A DNA stretch of 64,000 bases, taken from Candidatus Krumholzibacteriia bacterium. GTDB lineage: Bacteria; Krumholzibacteriota; Krumholzibacteriia; Krumholzibacteriales; Krumholzibacteriaceae. Positions 32,079 through 42,185 of the stretch are shown here, piece by piece. The notes beneath the pieces are model-generated. The model worked only from the letters and a program-made list of their open reading frames with translations, was not told the DNA's origin and ran no database searches. The stretch is taken from the NCBI GenBank assembly GCA_023131975.1, contig JAGLYV010000077.1:24546-88545 (forward strand). The letters are read 5' to 3'. The first letter of the stretch is position 1, and every line of letters begins with the position of its first letter. The position numbers and the translations under genes are program-made.

Positions 32079-33236
32079 ATGGGAATAGATACTATCAGTT
32101 TCAAGGCAATACTCCTTGTTATCCTCTGTATCGCAGCCGTGATTCTGCTGGTCATGCTTTTTCTTCAGAAAAAAAGAAAACGTAGAACATCCGGGACTGG
32201 CTATATAGAAGCTCTTTACGCATTGATCGATGGAGACAGGGATAAAGCGTTCAAGCTGCTTACGAAAGCAGTCAAAAACGGGGAATCAGATATAGGCGCG
32301 TATATACAGCTCGGCAATCTTCTGCGTGAGAGAAAAATGCCGGAGAAGGCACTTCAGATACACAGGAGCCTTACAGTCAGGCGTGACCTGGGGTATGACG
32401 AGGAAAAAGCTGTACAGATCGCTCTGGCGGAAGATCTCTCAGAGATGGGAAAGATGGATAGAGCGATAGGAGCCCTCAACTCTATTCACAAGCGTAAAAA
32501 GGATGTCGATATAGCAAGGACACTTCACCGGCTGTATCACAGGAAGGGTGATTACGAGAACGCTTTCTCCATGCTGAAAGCCATTTCTAATATTGACCCG
32601 GCGACAGGCCCCTGGGAGAGAAGCGCGTATCTCGTCTGTGTAGGAGCAATCCTCTATGACATGAACGAGAAAACAGAATCAAGGGCTTATCTGAAAAAGG
32701 CACTCAAGGAAGACGGATCGTCCGTACCTGCTCTTTATTTGTCAGCGATTGTCGAGGCTGATGGGGGCGACAGTGAGGCTGCCGTGCAGATGTGGCATCG
32801 TCTGTTAGTAGAGGATATCACGTTTCTCGAAGAAATACTTCCTGATCTTCAGAAAGCACTTTTTGAATCGGGGGATTATGAACGTCTCGAACTTCTTCTT
32901 GATGATCTTTCTGAAAAGCACCCATCGGATCCATTAGTCAACATCGCTCTCGCGGACCTCTTCCTGAAAAAGGGAGACACACGAAAAAGCATCTCTGTCC
33001 TGCGGGAAGCGAAGCCCTCGGGCGGACTGGCCGACTATCTTAAGGTCATTAAGCTTGCGGCCGCCTACCTGGAAACTGGATCGGAGATGGATGCCCGGAA
33101 GGTGTTAACCGAGAAAAGGAATTTCCCAAACTCCCGCCTCGCCTACATCTGTTCGTCATGTGGAGAGAGATCGACCACCCCTCAACATTACTGCAGGAAT
33201 TGTTCGAGTCTCAACACTTTCAGAACGGAAGAATAA
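32079..33236 (+). CDS. lapB: LapB-like TPR protein with C-terminal rubredoxin domain
   Basis: N-terminal TM, LGNLLRER..KALQIHRSL TPR, YICSSCG...HYCRNC. Confidence 0.85.
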   Translation: MGIDTISFKAILLVILCIAAVILLVMLFLQKKRKRRTSGTGYIEALYALIDGDRDKAFKLLTKAVKNGESDIGAYIQLGNLLRERKMPEKALQIHRSLTVRRDLGYDEEKAVQIALAEDLSEMGKMDRAIGALNSIHKRKKDVDIARTLHRLYHRKGDYENAFSMLKAISNIDPATGPWERSAYLVCVGAILYDMNEKTESRAYLKKALKEDGSSVPALYLSAIVEADGGDSEAAVQMWHRLLVEDITFLEEILPDLQKALFESGDYERLELLLDDLSEKHPSDPLVNIALADLFLKKGDTRKSISVLREAKPSGGLADYLKVIKLAAAYLETGSEMDARKVLTEKRNFPNSRLAYICSSCGERSTTPQHYCRNCSSLNTFRTEE

Positions 33237-34288
33237 TCTTTATTATCCGAAGAATAGCACTTGCTCTGACAATGGTAGTCGTGGGTTCCGCGATATTGCA
33301 GGGAGCATCTTTGAACTTCAGGGCTGTCCGGAAAGAGATCAACCGCAAAGAGTATGACAATGCCCGAAATACGATTGAAAAAAATATTGATGGACTCAGT
33401 GGCAAGCATCTCGACCAGGCCAGGATGATGCTCGCATCAGTGGAAACTAAAACTGAAAGAGCTGTCAGGCTGTACAGAGAAATCATCTCTTCCGGTCGCA
33501 AGCGGGAAGCTTTCAAGGCAAGAGTAGAACTTGCGAAGATTTACTATTCTCTTGGCAGTTACAGGGAAGTCCTCGAAACGCTTGGGCGGATTCCTGGCGA
33601 CTCTCGCTCCGAGGAAAGAATGGAAGCTCACTACTTCAAGGGGCTTGCAAGTAAGCAGCTGGGAGATTCTGAAAAGGCGGAGATCGAATTCGGACTGGTA
33701 GACAGAGGAGAGTATCTCTACTGGGGCTACATGGCTCTCGCGGAGATCGACATACAATATGGCAGGGTCGGAGCGGCTGTAGAAAGATACGAGACGATAG
33801 CGGGAAGTCACTCAAATCCGGTTGCAGGATTCAAGCTTGGTGAGTGCTACGAGATACTTGGAGAGCAGGAAAAAGCAATAAATGTATACGGCAATTTAAC
33901 AAGACTTTTTCCTGAGTCATTGGAAGCACCTCAGGCGAGGGAAAAACTCCGGGTACTTGACAGGATCACCAGCAGGAAGAAACCGATTGCCTCAAAAGGA
34001 GGTGAAAGGGAAGAGACTGCTGTAAGTAGGATTGATGACGCGCCGACATCGGACCAACTCTATACGTTACAATTTGGCGCTTTCAGTGTTAGAGAAAACG
34101 CCGATATATTTGCCGACAAACTCAGAAAAACTATCGAAGGCCTCAGGGTGGAAGTAAGCGAGAGCAGGGGTAGAATATGGTACAGGGTCAGGACAGGCAG
34201 ATACCCGAATCGTGAAAAAGCGGAAGCAGACGCGTTGAGATTCATGGAGCAGACCGGATATTCAAGCAAAGTCCTTCCTCTCGAGTAG
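33158..34288 (+). CDS. TPR + SPOR domain periplasmic protein
   Basis: Hydrophobic N-terminal segment, TPR repeats, YTLQFGAFS..NA and WYRVRTGRY SPOR motifs; start uncertain. Confidence 0.8.
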   Translation: MWREIDHPSTLLQELFESQHFQNGRIIFIIRRIALALTMVVVGSAILQGASLNFRAVRKEINRKEYDNARNTIEKNIDGLSGKHLDQARMMLASVETKTERAVRLYREIISSGRKREAFKARVELAKIYYSLGSYREVLETLGRIPGDSRSEERMEAHYFKGLASKQLGDSEKAEIEFGLVDRGEYLYWGYMALAEIDIQYGRVGAAVERYETIAGSHSNPVAGFKLGECYEILGEQEKAINVYGNLTRLFPESLEAPQAREKLRVLDRITSRKKPIASKGGEREETAVSRIDDAPTSDQLYTLQFGAFSVRENADIFADKLRKTIEGLRVEVSESRGRIWYRVRTGRYPNREKAEADALRFMEQTGYSSKVLPLE

Positions 34289-36862
34289 ATGAGACCCAAA
34301 GCCACCCCTCTGATGACTCAGTATCAGGATATCAGGGACAGATATGATGACGGTATCCTTCTATTTCAGGTCGGGGATTTTTATGAGACCTTTTATGATG
34401 ACGCCAGGAAAATATCCAGAATACTCAATATCGCGCTGACTTCAAGAGACAAGAAGAATCCTATTCCTCTGGCTGGAGTTCCTATTCATGCCGTCAGTGC
34501 ATATATCTCCAAATTGCTTGATCACGGCGAGAAGGTCATAGTCTGCGACCAGGTAGAGAAGCCAGGAGAAGGAAAAGGGGTTGTAAGGAGAGAAGTCACC
34601 GACATAATCACACCGGGAACATCACTGGAACCTTCGACGCTCCAGGAAAAAGAAAACAACTATATAATGTCGATCGTCTCGAAAGGTGAAAGATACGGTT
34701 TTTCGTTGATAGATCTCTCTACTGGAGAATTCAAGGTAGCTGAAGATTCGAAACAGATAGTAGAGAATCTCATCAGTGGTTTTCACGTCCGCGAATCCAT
34801 AATCCCCGAAGGTGGGGATGTCCTGAGTACCCTGATCCTTGAAAATAACCCTGGATGTTCTGTCGAAAAAGCGCCTGGATATCTCTTTAACGAGAAAGAG
34901 GCTGAAGAAGAGCTGAAGAACCATTTCGGCGTAAATAACCTTTCTTGTTTCGGTATTGAAGATAAGGTCCTGGCCACAATAGCCGCGGGCGCCCTTTTGC
35001 GGCATATCAAAAATCTCAGAAATAATGAAATGGTACATCTTTCAAATATTCTGCTGATCGTGCCGGAAAATACGCTTTTTCTCGATGCAGAAACGGCTAG
35101 AAACCTTGAACTCATAGAATCGGTTCGTGGGGATTCTCCTGAAACGACCCTCATATATCATATGGACAGAACGAAGACTTCGGCAGGAGGCAGATGCCTG
35201 CGGAGCTGGATGATGCACCCATCGCGGGTAATTGAAGTGATCAATGAAAGACTCGAAGGAATATCTTCTATCGTATCCGACCAGATCATGATGAGATCAT
35301 TGAGGTCTTCTTTGGCTGGATTCCCGGACATCGAAAGAATCCTTTCGAGGGTCACCACGGGACGGGCATCTCCAAGGGAACTTCTTTACCTTGTAGAGGC
35401 CCTTTCGAGAATTCCGGAGATTGTCAAGACATGCTCTGGTTTCGATGCGACGATAATTAGAAAAAACATCGAGATCGCTTCACAGCCAGACGACGTCTCT
35501 GATCTTATCAAGAGCAGCATTGACCCGGATGCTTCTTCCAAAGTAAAAGATGGTGGATTTATCCGAAAAGGATTTGACCCGGCTCTCGATATACTTATCG
35601 ATGATTCTGAAAGCGGCCGACAATGGATAGCCGACCTCCAACGGCAGGAAAGAGAACGTACGGGAATACCATCTTTAAAAGTCGGATTCAACAGGGTATT
35701 CGGGTACTACATAGAGATCTCAAGGATCCACGAATCTAAAGTTCCGGATGACTATTCTGCCAAGCAATCTCTTGTATCGTCTCAAAGATATGTGACAGAG
35801 AAACTGAAAGAGCGAGAGACTCAGATACTTACAGCTGATGTCAGGCGTATAGAACTTGAAAAAGAGATATTCTCCAGGGTCTGTCTTGAGATTTCTGCCA
35901 GAAGCCATGTACTGCAGAAGATCGCTCAGGCCATCTCTATCCTGGATGTCTTGTCTTCACTGGCCGATCTTGCCATAGACAGGGGCTTCTGTATGCCTGA
36001 AGTAGACCACTCAGAAGATCTTGTTGTATCTGAAGGCAGGCATCCCGTGGTCGAAGCGATTTCCGGAAAATCATTCATACCGAACGATATAAACATAAGA
36101 CCAGGCGAAAGACAGCTCCTTCTCATAACCGGACCGAATATGGGCGGAAAATCTACATATATACGCCAGGCCGCGCTGATAGCGATAATGGCTCAGATGG
36201 GAAGCTTTGTACCGGCAGCGCGCGCACGGATCGGGATAATGGACCGTATCTTTACGCGTGTCGGATCAAGCGATAACCTGGCACGTGGTCAAAGTACTTT
36301 TCTCGTTGAGATGGGGGAGACCGCCAGGATCCTGAATAATTGTTCGTCTAAAAGCCTTGTCCTCCTGGATGAGATCGGAAGGGGCACAAGCACCCTTGAT
36401 GGTCTCAGCATCGCATGGGCAGTCACAGAATATCTTCTTGAAAATAAGACAAGGAGACCCCGGACTCTTTTTGCCACTCATTTTCACGAGTTGACTACCT
36501 TATCAGATAAATACCCAAGATTGAAGAATATGCGTGTCGAAGTAAAGGATTGGGGAGACAGCGTGGTATTTCTGTACAGGATAATAGAAGGGAAGAGCGA
36601 CAAGAGTTACGGCATCCATGTCGCGCAACTCGCGGGTCTGCCAAAAAGTATAATAGAGAGAGCCTGGCAGCTTTTCAAGGAACTCGAAGAAAATCACGCA
36701 ACCACTAGTACTAAAGATAGTTATACGTTTGTGCAATCATCTCTTTTTGAAAAGCCCGACCCTCTTCGCGAGAGGCTGAAAGGCCTTGATCCCGACCGAA
36801 TAACGCCACTTGATGCTCTTCAGCTGCTTGCGAAACTCCATAGAATGTCAAAAGATAGCTAA
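34289..36862 (+). CDS. mutS: DNA mismatch repair protein MutS
   Basis: TPLMTQY, GDFYETF, TGPNMGGKST, STFLVEM, DEIGRGTST, ATHFHEL, SYGIHVA. Confidence 0.99.
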   Translation: MRPKATPLMTQYQDIRDRYDDGILLFQVGDFYETFYDDARKISRILNIALTSRDKKNPIPLAGVPIHAVSAYISKLLDHGEKVIVCDQVEKPGEGKGVVRREVTDIITPGTSLEPSTLQEKENNYIMSIVSKGERYGFSLIDLSTGEFKVAEDSKQIVENLISGFHVRESIIPEGGDVLSTLILENNPGCSVEKAPGYLFNEKEAEEELKNHFGVNNLSCFGIEDKVLATIAAGALLRHIKNLRNNEMVHLSNILLIVPENTLFLDAETARNLELIESVRGDSPETTLIYHMDRTKTSAGGRCLRSWMMHPSRVIEVINERLEGISSIVSDQIMMRSLRSSLAGFPDIERILSRVTTGRASPRELLYLVEALSRIPEIVKTCSGFDATIIRKNIEIASQPDDVSDLIKSSIDPDASSKVKDGGFIRKGFDPALDILIDDSESGRQWIADLQRQERERTGIPSLKVGFNRVFGYYIEISRIHESKVPDDYSAKQSLVSSQRYVTEKLKERETQILTADVRRIELEKEIFSRVCLEISARSHVLQKIAQAISILDVLSSLADLAIDRGFCMPEVDHSEDLVVSEGRHPVVEAISGKSFIPNDINIRPGERQLLLITGPNMGGKSTYIRQAALIAIMAQMGSFVPAARARIGIMDRIFTRVGSSDNLARGQSTFLVEMGETARILNNCSSKSLVLLDEIGRGTSTLDGLSIAWAVTEYLLENKTRRPRTLFATHFHELTTLSDKYPRLKNMRVEVKDWGDSVVFLYRIIEGKSDKSYGIHVAQLAGLPKSIIERAWQLFKELEENHATTSTKDSYTFVQSSLFEKPDPLRERLKGLDPDRITPLDALQLLAKLHRMSKDS

Positions 36863-36926
36863 TGCCCTGACGTCTGGCTTGAGTCTTGCTTATTATAGAA
36901 GCGGATTAATTCGAGAGGCGTATATC

Positions 36927-39212
36927 GTGAAGTCGGTGAAGAATATTGCCATTCTTGGTGGTGGTGAAAAAGAACTCAATATCCTGAGTGAGTTTCATCG
37001 TAATCCTGTTTACCACATAATTGGTATATATGACAGGGATCCAAGGGCAGTAGGGCTTGAGATAGCTGAGATCATAGGAATTCCTGTTTTTACAGACAGT
37101 TCTTTCGTCGATTCTTTCAGAAAAGCTGATTATATCATTGTCACCGACGAGCGGCGTCGCTACGAAGAAGAGGTCATTCTCCTGAAGAAGGAGAATCTCA
37201 GGATCATCAATCCATCAGAAGCCGTGAATCACCTTGTAGCTGATACACCTAAAATTGACAAGCAGCCCCCTCCGTGGCCAGCGCACCTCGAAATGGCCTT
37301 GAAATATATAGAACGAATAACCGATCGGGAAAGGCTTCTCCGGTGGTTGCTCGAGATCTCCGTCAGAGCCGTCCAGGCATCTTCTGGATCGATCATGCTT
37401 TCCTCAGAAGAAACCGCCGAACTATATATCGGTTACGCAACTGGACTGAGCGCGGAAGTGGTAAGTAACACAAGGCAGAAGATAGGAGAGGGGATTGCGG
37501 GAAAGGTCGCTGAAGAAAAGAGTATACGGCTTATAACTAATATCGTGGACAACCAGTTGTATGCTCATGGCCGTGAAAGAAAAGATATTCAGAGCGCTAT
37601 TTCGGCGCCTCTTGTCTTCGAAGATAAACTGATCGGTGTATTGAACATCTCCACCGACAGGAACGAACGGATACTTACAAACGTCGACATCGAGACCATA
37701 ACCCTTCTCGCCGAAAAGATATCTCCAATCCTTGATCAGCACCTTCGAATAGATACGACAGGAATAAGGGAGAAGGAATTCGAGATAAGGAATTTCCTTG
37801 AATCTCTTTTTAAGTCCGAAGCCGGGTTCCATCACAAGTTCTCGGGACTCTGCAGGAAACTTTGCGAGACTCTGAATGCTGACACGGTCACCATTTACAC
37901 GGCCACCGACGAGGGAGACTGGCTGATACTGGGGGGAAGTGACCAATATGAACAGTTCGCCGAAACTGCTCCCCGGATACATTGCCTCAAAGGCAGCCTG
38001 GCAAGAGCGTATCTTACAGGTAAAGAAATTCTTATGACTGAGGCGACGCATGACCCCAATCTCCAGATCAAGGAGAGCGGGGATTCGATTACGTCGATCT
38101 ATCTTCCGCTGGTCCATAATGCGCCACTTGGTGTCCTGGTCATGGAATTTTCTGCGCTTGAATCACTCGAGCAATTTTTGAAGCTCAAAGATACATTGAG
38201 ATTTCAGGTCGGTTTTTTCGCATATGCTCAACTCAGGGAACTTAAACAGCAGAGAAAGATGAAAAGATATGAGGAGCTTTCAGCTCTCACCCCCTTTCTC
38301 ATGGGCATGGAGAACGCTGGCGCGAGGCTGAAGCATATTCCTGGTATTGTTGCTTCTGTGATCAATGCTTCGATGGGGAGTTTTTACTTTAAAAGTGATT
38401 CAGGTGAAGAATTATCATATTTCGGATTCCCGGAAAACAAGCAGGACAGGGAGACAGAGGTACGATTTGATAATGAACTTAGAGAACGTGCCATAAAAGA
38501 GCTGAAACCTGAATGCACCAGCTTTCTAACCGGTGATGTCGGTACCTTCGACAAGATGCCAACGTACACATCAGTGATATCGTATCCTTTTTCCATTACT
38601 GGTGATTTTACGGCAGTTTTTAACGGTTACAGCAAAACACCGGAGACTCCTCTTGACTCGACAGTGTTCGGGAAGCAGGAACTTGGCCTTCTGGAGAAGG
38701 TCTGTGATATTCTTACACCGATACTGAAGAAGAAAAAAACTCTTTCCGGCAAGGATGAGCCTTCCAGCTTTAATGAACTTCTGAAATCAAATCAGAAGAT
38801 CTTCCTTGAAAGGATCAGGGAAGAGATCGAACGAGCGGAGAGATATCATCATGGCTTTACCGTCACCCTTTTCAAGGTTGTGGGATTGAATGAATACTAC
38901 AGGGTGTCCTCACATCACGCGCTTGATCTTATAAACACCTTGAGTAAAAGTGTCAGAAGCTCCGCGAGAAAAACTGACTATTTTTCATGGATAGAGACCG
39001 ACATCTTCGGGATCATCTCATTGGAAAGTTTTCAGAGGATAGGTGACCTCGAGAAAAGGATATTAGGACTTATCAGCGGGATCCTTGAAGAAAAGGGATT
39101 GTTTGAGCGTGAAAGATTCAATCCAATCAGCGCGTTTTCTCTTTATCCCGGCAACTCCGAGACCGCCTCTGACCTGATCAGTACCGCCATGGCCAGTTTG
39201 AAAGGCGATTGA
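36927..39212 (+). CDS. Multi-GAF signalling protein with N-terminal Rossmann-like domain and degenerate GGDEF domain
   Basis: NIAILGGG..GIYD N-terminus; GAF (GEGIAGKVA, SAISAPL..LIGVLNI); second GAF; C-terminal EEIERAERY..RKTDYFSWIETDIF; GTG start after GAGAGG. Confidence 0.75.
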   Translation: MKSVKNIAILGGGEKELNILSEFHRNPVYHIIGIYDRDPRAVGLEIAEIIGIPVFTDSSFVDSFRKADYIIVTDERRRYEEEVILLKKENLRIINPSEAVNHLVADTPKIDKQPPPWPAHLEMALKYIERITDRERLLRWLLEISVRAVQASSGSIMLSSEETAELYIGYATGLSAEVVSNTRQKIGEGIAGKVAEEKSIRLITNIVDNQLYAHGRERKDIQSAISAPLVFEDKLIGVLNISTDRNERILTNVDIETITLLAEKISPILDQHLRIDTTGIREKEFEIRNFLESLFKSEAGFHHKFSGLCRKLCETLNADTVTIYTATDEGDWLILGGSDQYEQFAETAPRIHCLKGSLARAYLTGKEILMTEATHDPNLQIKESGDSITSIYLPLVHNAPLGVLVMEFSALESLEQFLKLKDTLRFQVGFFAYAQLRELKQQRKMKRYEELSALTPFLMGMENAGARLKHIPGIVASVINASMGSFYFKSDSGEELSYFGFPENKQDRETEVRFDNELRERAIKELKPECTSFLTGDVGTFDKMPTYTSVISYPFSITGDFTAVFNGYSKTPETPLDSTVFGKQELGLLEKVCDILTPILKKKKTLSGKDEPSSFNELLKSNQKIFLERIREEIERAERYHHGFTVTLFKVVGLNEYYRVSSHHALDLINTLSKSVRSSARKTDYFSWIETDIFGIISLESFQRIGDLEKRILGLISGILEEKGLFERERFNPISAFSLYPGNSETASDLISTAMASLKGD

Positions 39213-39232
39213 CGGAGATATTCCATTCATAG

Positions 39233-39261
39233 TTGCCCTCCCGAACAAGCTATGCTATCTT
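39233..39261 (+). promoter_or_regulatory. sigma70-type promoter upstream of mutL
   Basis: TTGCCC-N17-TATCTT with TGn extended -10. Confidence 0.5.
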
Positions 39262-39331
39262 AACACACCTGATATCTACATCAGTCAAAATGATGTGCCG
39301 TTGATATGGATAGGGGGCAGGAAGGGTAGAT

Positions 39332-41104
39332 TTGGCTGTTATAAATAGACTTACACCGGACACTACTGGCAAGATCGCCGCAGGTGAAGTTATAGAACGA
39401 CCTGCGAATGCCGTCAAGGAACTCATAGAAAATTCTATTGACGCGTCGGCCAGAAGAATCTCTGTGGAGGTGATGAGTGGGGGCAAAGACCTTATAAGGG
39501 TCTCTGATGATGGAATCGGGATATCTTCGGAACAGCTACCCCTCGCAGTTGAAAATTTCGCGACAAGCAAAATAACAAGAATAGAAGATATTTCCCGCAT
39601 CATGACCCTCGGATTCAGAGGAGAAGCGCTGGCAAGCATCAAATCAGTGTCCAGGTTGAGCGTCAGCTCAAGGTCGATAGATGAGGACATTGGCAGAGAG
39701 ATGAAATGGGCCGGGGGAAAGCTTCTCCATGACGGCCCCGTGGCAAGGACACAGGGAACAGAGATCCTGGCTGAAGACCTGTTTTTTAACGTTCCTGCCA
39801 GGAAAAAATTTCTTTCAAGCGACCAGGCAGAACTCAGGAAAATTACAGCATATATTCAAAGTCTTTCGCTTGCGGTCCCCGACATCGCGTTTTTACTGAA
39901 AAGTAACGGGAAGGATGTCCTTTCATATCCTGCCTCATCTATGGACGAAAGAGTCGAGGTGATATTCGGGTCCGGAACTTTTCCAAATCTGAAACGATTC
40001 GACGATGACGATGGCAGGATCAGGATTCACGGCTATACTTCGATGCCTGGACTCACCCGGGGTAACCGGACAATGCAGTTCCTGTTCGTAAACAGGCGAA
40101 TCATCAAAGACAGGACTGTCAGCCACGCGATCCGGCAGGCCTATCAATCAATAATACCATCCGACCGTTTTCCCCTTATAGCTTTGTTCATCGAGATTTC
40201 TCCTGACAGGATAGATGTAAACGTTCATCCTTCAAAAGCGGAAATACGTTTTGATAACGAAAGAGAGATTCACAGCAGGATATCTTCTGTTTTGAGAGAG
40301 ACGGTGGGGGGAAAAACAGTCTCTTTCAGAGACAAAGTAGAATCGGTTTACAGGACGATATTCCCTGGAGGGGAGAACTGGGAAAAGAAGGCAACAGGAA
40401 ACCTCGATGGGAAAGATTATTCCAGTCAGCAACACGATCCGGGGGTGGAATCGACAGAGCATCGTTCGGACTGGCTTTTCCAGAAATCTCCCCAGCCACT
40501 TTTCGAAGCATCTGACGGAGACGAACCGGCATCCGGTAGCGGAAGACTTTACTGGCAACTTCATCAAAGTTTTATCTTCATTCAGATCAGGGGCGGAATG
40601 GTGATAATCGATCAACATGCCGCGCATGAGAGAATACTTTATGACAAGGTGAAAAATAATCTTTCCGGCGAGAAATCTGCCGTACAGGCTCTCCTTTTTC
40701 CTGCCACACTGGAGCTTTCGGCCGAGGAATACGATAATTTTGAAACTCTGAGCGACACCCTTCCATCAATAGGATTTGAAGTTGAACCATTCGGAGCACG
40801 ATCGGTGATCGTACGCGGTATCCCGGCTGGTGTGCGAAACTGGAATGACGGCAGACTTCTCCAGGACATTCTCTCAGAGAAGGGACTCGGCAAGAGCAGT
40901 CGCGAGATGTTGATGAAATCCTACGCGTGCAGGGCATCTGTGAAAGCTGGGGACAAGCTGTCAGTTGAAGAGATGGAGTCCCTTACAGATCAGTTGTTCG
41001 CAACAGAATTTCCCTTCACTTGCCCTCACGGCAGACCTACTATGTTGAGGGTAGATATGGCTGATCTTGAAAGAAGATTTCAGAGGACGGTAAAAGGGGA
41101 ATAA
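39332..41104 (+). CDS. mutL: DNA mismatch repair endonuclease MutL
   Basis: IAAGEVIERP, KELIENSIDA, GFRGEALASI; endonuclease motifs DQHAAHERILYD, ACR, CPHGRP. Confidence 0.99.
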   Translation: MAVINRLTPDTTGKIAAGEVIERPANAVKELIENSIDASARRISVEVMSGGKDLIRVSDDGIGISSEQLPLAVENFATSKITRIEDISRIMTLGFRGEALASIKSVSRLSVSSRSIDEDIGREMKWAGGKLLHDGPVARTQGTEILAEDLFFNVPARKKFLSSDQAELRKITAYIQSLSLAVPDIAFLLKSNGKDVLSYPASSMDERVEVIFGSGTFPNLKRFDDDDGRIRIHGYTSMPGLTRGNRTMQFLFVNRRIIKDRTVSHAIRQAYQSIIPSDRFPLIALFIEISPDRIDVNVHPSKAEIRFDNEREIHSRISSVLRETVGGKTVSFRDKVESVYRTIFPGGENWEKKATGNLDGKDYSSQQHDPGVESTEHRSDWLFQKSPQPLFEASDGDEPASGSGRLYWQLHQSFIFIQIRGGMVIIDQHAAHERILYDKVKNNLSGEKSAVQALLFPATLELSAEEYDNFETLSDTLPSIGFEVEPFGARSVIVRGIPAGVRNWNDGRLLQDILSEKGLGKSSREMLMKSYACRASVKAGDKLSVEEMESLTDQLFATEFPFTCPHGRPTMLRVDMADLERRFQRTVKGE

Positions 41105-41106
41105 TA

Positions 41107-42033
41107 ATGAATCCTCTCGTAATCGTCGGTCCAACGGCTTCAGGAAAGAGCGCTCTGGCGATGAGTGTCGCCATCCGTACGGGGGGGGAGATAGTCTCCA
41201 TCGATTCCAGGCAGGTTTATCGGGGACTTGATATCGGTACAGCAAAACCCTCGGCCCATGAACGCTCGCTCGTATCCCATCATCTTCTGGACATTATAGG
41301 ACCTGAAAAGAAAACAGACGCGAGGTGGTTTTCCAGGGTTGCTTCTAAAGCAATCCGGGATGTTTTGTCCAGATCAAAGCTTCCCATACTGACGGGTGGA
41401 TCAGGCCTGTATCTTAGAGCTGTTCTTGAAGGACTTTTCAATATCGATCTCGATGAGGATTCGAGATCCGCATTTGCGGAATCGATTTCCACCACATCTA
41501 CCCCCGAACTACTCGCGGAATTACGGATGGTAGACAAGGAAAGCGCGGAGAGGATCCATCCCAACGACAGATACCGCCTGACCAGGGCATTGGAAGTTTA
41601 CAGGCTCACAGGATTGCCTTTAAGCGAGCATTTCTCGCGTCAGAAAGAATCCGGAGGTGGTGGCCTCGGCCTGGACTGCCTGAAAACTGGTATAGATATT
41701 CCCAGGGATAAACTCAGGGCAAGGATCGCCGAAAGAACAAAAAAGATGTTCGACGATGGCTGGCCGGATGAGGTCAGATCCCTTTTGTCTCATGGAGCGT
41801 TTCCGGAATGGTACGGTATGAAGACCCTGGGATATCCGGAGATCATATCGTATCTGAATGGGGTGCTATCCAGGCAGGAAGCAATCGATGAGATTATACT
41901 GAAAACGTCACAGTACGCGAAAAGACAGATGACATGGTTCAGAAGTGATAAAGACATCAGATGGATCAAGGGAGATGCCCGGGAGCAGAGCGAGGCACTG
42001 TTCAAGATACTTGACACAAGGGGTTTCAACTGA
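41107..42033 (+). CDS. miaA: tRNA dimethylallyltransferase
   Basis: GPTASGKS, DSRQVYRGLDIGTAKP, GGSGLY, YAKRQMTWF. Confidence 0.98.
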   Translation: MNPLVIVGPTASGKSALAMSVAIRTGGEIVSIDSRQVYRGLDIGTAKPSAHERSLVSHHLLDIIGPEKKTDARWFSRVASKAIRDVLSRSKLPILTGGSGLYLRAVLEGLFNIDLDEDSRSAFAESISTTSTPELLAELRMVDKESAERIHPNDRYRLTRALEVYRLTGLPLSEHFSRQKESGGGGLGLDCLKTGIDIPRDKLRARIAERTKKMFDDGWPDEVRSLLSHGAFPEWYGMKTLGYPEIISYLNGVLSRQEAIDEIILKTSQYAKRQMTWFRSDKDIRWIKGDAREQSEALFKILDTRGFN

Positions 42034-42039
42034 TAATTT
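42011..42039 (+). promoter_or_regulatory. sigma70-type promoter for tRNA-Gly
   Basis: TTGACA-N17-TAATTT overlapping the end of miaA. Confidence 0.65.
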
Positions 42040-42059
42040 CAACTCCAGACGAAATCAAT

Positions 42060-42132
42060 GCGGGCATAACTCAGCTGGTAGAGTATCAGCTTCCCAAGCT
42101 GAAGGTCGCGGGTTCGATTCCCGTTGCCCGCT
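42060..42132 (+). tRNA. tRNA-Gly(CCC), CCA not encoded
   Basis: Acceptor GCGGGCA/TGCCCGC, anticodon arm TCAGC-TTCCCAA-GCTGA, T-loop TTCGATT. Confidence 0.97.
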
Positions 42133-42142
42133 CATCTTTCAG

Positions 42143-42175
42143 ATCCCCGCGGAATCGGACTCTGCGGGGATTTTT
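42143..42175 (+). terminator. Intrinsic terminator after tRNA-Gly
   Basis: ATCCCCGCGGA-N7-TCTGCGGGGAT then TTTT. Confidence 0.8.
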
Positions 42176-42185
42176 CAGGTAGACT

